A DNA stretch of 64,000 nucleotides from Raillietiella orientalis. Lineage: Eukaryota. The stretch covers positions 1,240,001 through 1,304,000 of the forward strand of contig JAYWIR010000036.1 in assembly GCA_036172245.1 (NCBI GenBank), given 5' to 3'. The position numbers and the translations under genes are program-made. Positions 62,597-64,000 of the stretch are shown here, piece after piece. Each line of letters begins with the position of its first letter. Position 1 is the stretch's first letter. Below the pieces are notes generated by a model. It ran no database searches. It saw only the letters and a program-made list of their open reading frames with translations, and was not told where the DNA came from.

Positions 62597-64000
62597 TGCG
62601 CGGCCCCCTTTCCCCGTTCCATGTGTCCAGAAAGCATTCCTCGCATCTCCCTTTCCCTCTGAAAGCGCGGACGGGGGTTGAGGGATGGGAAGAAGAGCAT
62701 CGCACCACCACCTCTTCCTTCCCCTGCGGCCGCTCACGCCTTCCGCGAGGCCAACTTCGAAAAGAAGGAACTCGCGTGACCGAAGCTCTGGGCGGCGGCA
62801 GTCGTTGGGAGCAAACCTGCCGACGACCGCGAGATCCACGGACGTCTGCGTGAGGAGGGCGATATCGCCGCAGTCGCGCCACTTTCCAGTCCACAAGGAA
62901 AATTTTCGTAAAGGCGGCACCAGCCGGCTCCTTGGCCCCTCTGTTTTCCAGCTCCCCCCCTCCCGCTTCCCCACACACGCACGCACGCATGCACTCACAC
63001 CTTCGTAACCTGAAAACTTCGAGGCGGTAACGGAAGTCCGCGGTCGTTGCGCGTCGCGTGACCCAAACCCAATAAGAGCACTTCTCTCGAATTCCGTGCC
63101 AGCACGCCAGATGGGGACGGCTGCGGGGCGTGTCGCCTTTCCGGGGTATTCGCGCCTGCACCCCTCACCTTCCCCCAAAACACAGGAGGGGAACTTCCTT
63201 CCCGCGCGGGCAGCGTTTCCGGCGGCGTGCGCCTTGCCCAGCTTTGGACGTGATCCTCGCGCTTGGCGTCGCGTGCGCGCGCGTCCCCCACCCACGCACA
63301 CAACCGAACACCGACACTGCGGGCACTCTTTGCTTGGGGCGAATCGGCTCGGGGGAAGCGTGCGTACGTGCGCATCGGCTGCCGCGTTTCCGCCACCTCT
63401 TTCCATGGCTGGGAAGCCGTGGCTCTTGCGCGTGGTTTCCGCCGGTGTTCCGCCGAACGCGTGCACGCGAGCCCCCCCTCTCTTTTCCCACGTGCTTCTC
63501 CGCCCGTGTTTGCTTCCAGAATTTCGAACGAAAACACAGCGAGCGCGTGTTGGCTTTGCTCGGTCCTTTCGGTTCGGCTTTCGACACGCACGTGACCACG
63601 TATTTGCTCACGTACCGAAAAATGCGAAGGACTCCAGGACGGCAGCGCTTGCTGCCTCGGCCTCCCCTGCTCTCTCCTTGCCGACGCGTGTGCTCCGTAC
63701 GGTTCTGCTTAATTGGATTTGTCTGTCGAAAAGGGAGTCTTCGCCGTTCCGTTTCAAAACTCCGCGCAATTCGGGGAATGAACAGGAATGGACTTCCGAA
63801 TGAAAGAATGACCTTTTTGTTTTCATTTTTTGCCCGGTGCAAATAACAACCTTTTTTCCTGAAAAGCTGAGAAGACGAGCGATAAAAAGTATTCGAGCTT
63901 GAGAAACTTCCGGACGAAAAGTTTTCGGTGAAGATGTGAGAGGCTTAGATGAGGATTCGAATGCAAGAGTGAAGTCGCACCTTGCGAGAAGAGCTCCACG

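Noticed and set aside
1..64000. CRISPR arrays, operons, rRNA or prokaryotic defence systems
   Set aside because: No regularly spaced repeats or gene-dense prokaryotic structure; spliceosomal introns show the DNA is eukaryotic

Overview
Eukaryotic, GC-rich genomic DNA with spliceosomal GT-AG introns, most likely from an arthropod. One intact gene can be assembled by eye on the + strand: a class B1 (secretin-family) GPCR of the CRF/diuretic hormone 44 (DH44) receptor type. It has 9 phase-consistent coding exons from 43592 to about 62596 (~465 aa), and its 3' end is ambiguous. Head-to-head upstream lies a decayed, apparently intronless F-box/LRR (FBXL18-like) pseudogene (~39300-41422, - strand). 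The remaining ~40 kb and the large introns are a graveyard of heavily mutated transposons: many THAP / HTH / DDE_Tnp_4 / SWIM-YqaJ fragments (PIF-Harbinger, ISL2EU-like), Tx1/L1-like and CR1/L2-like LINE pieces, a tRNA-derived SINE family (3-4 copies), and mariner- and Academ-like scraps. A few very young structures stand out against this old background: a 200-bp near-perfect inverted duplication inside an ISL2EU-like relic, a 153-bp direct duplication and three near-perfect short hairpins. Transposon calls rest on motif recognition in frameshifted sequence and need HMM confirmation, and their boundaries are approximate. Nearly all ORFs in the supplied track are spurious. I see no convincing evidence of a wholly new system; the best leads are under findings.
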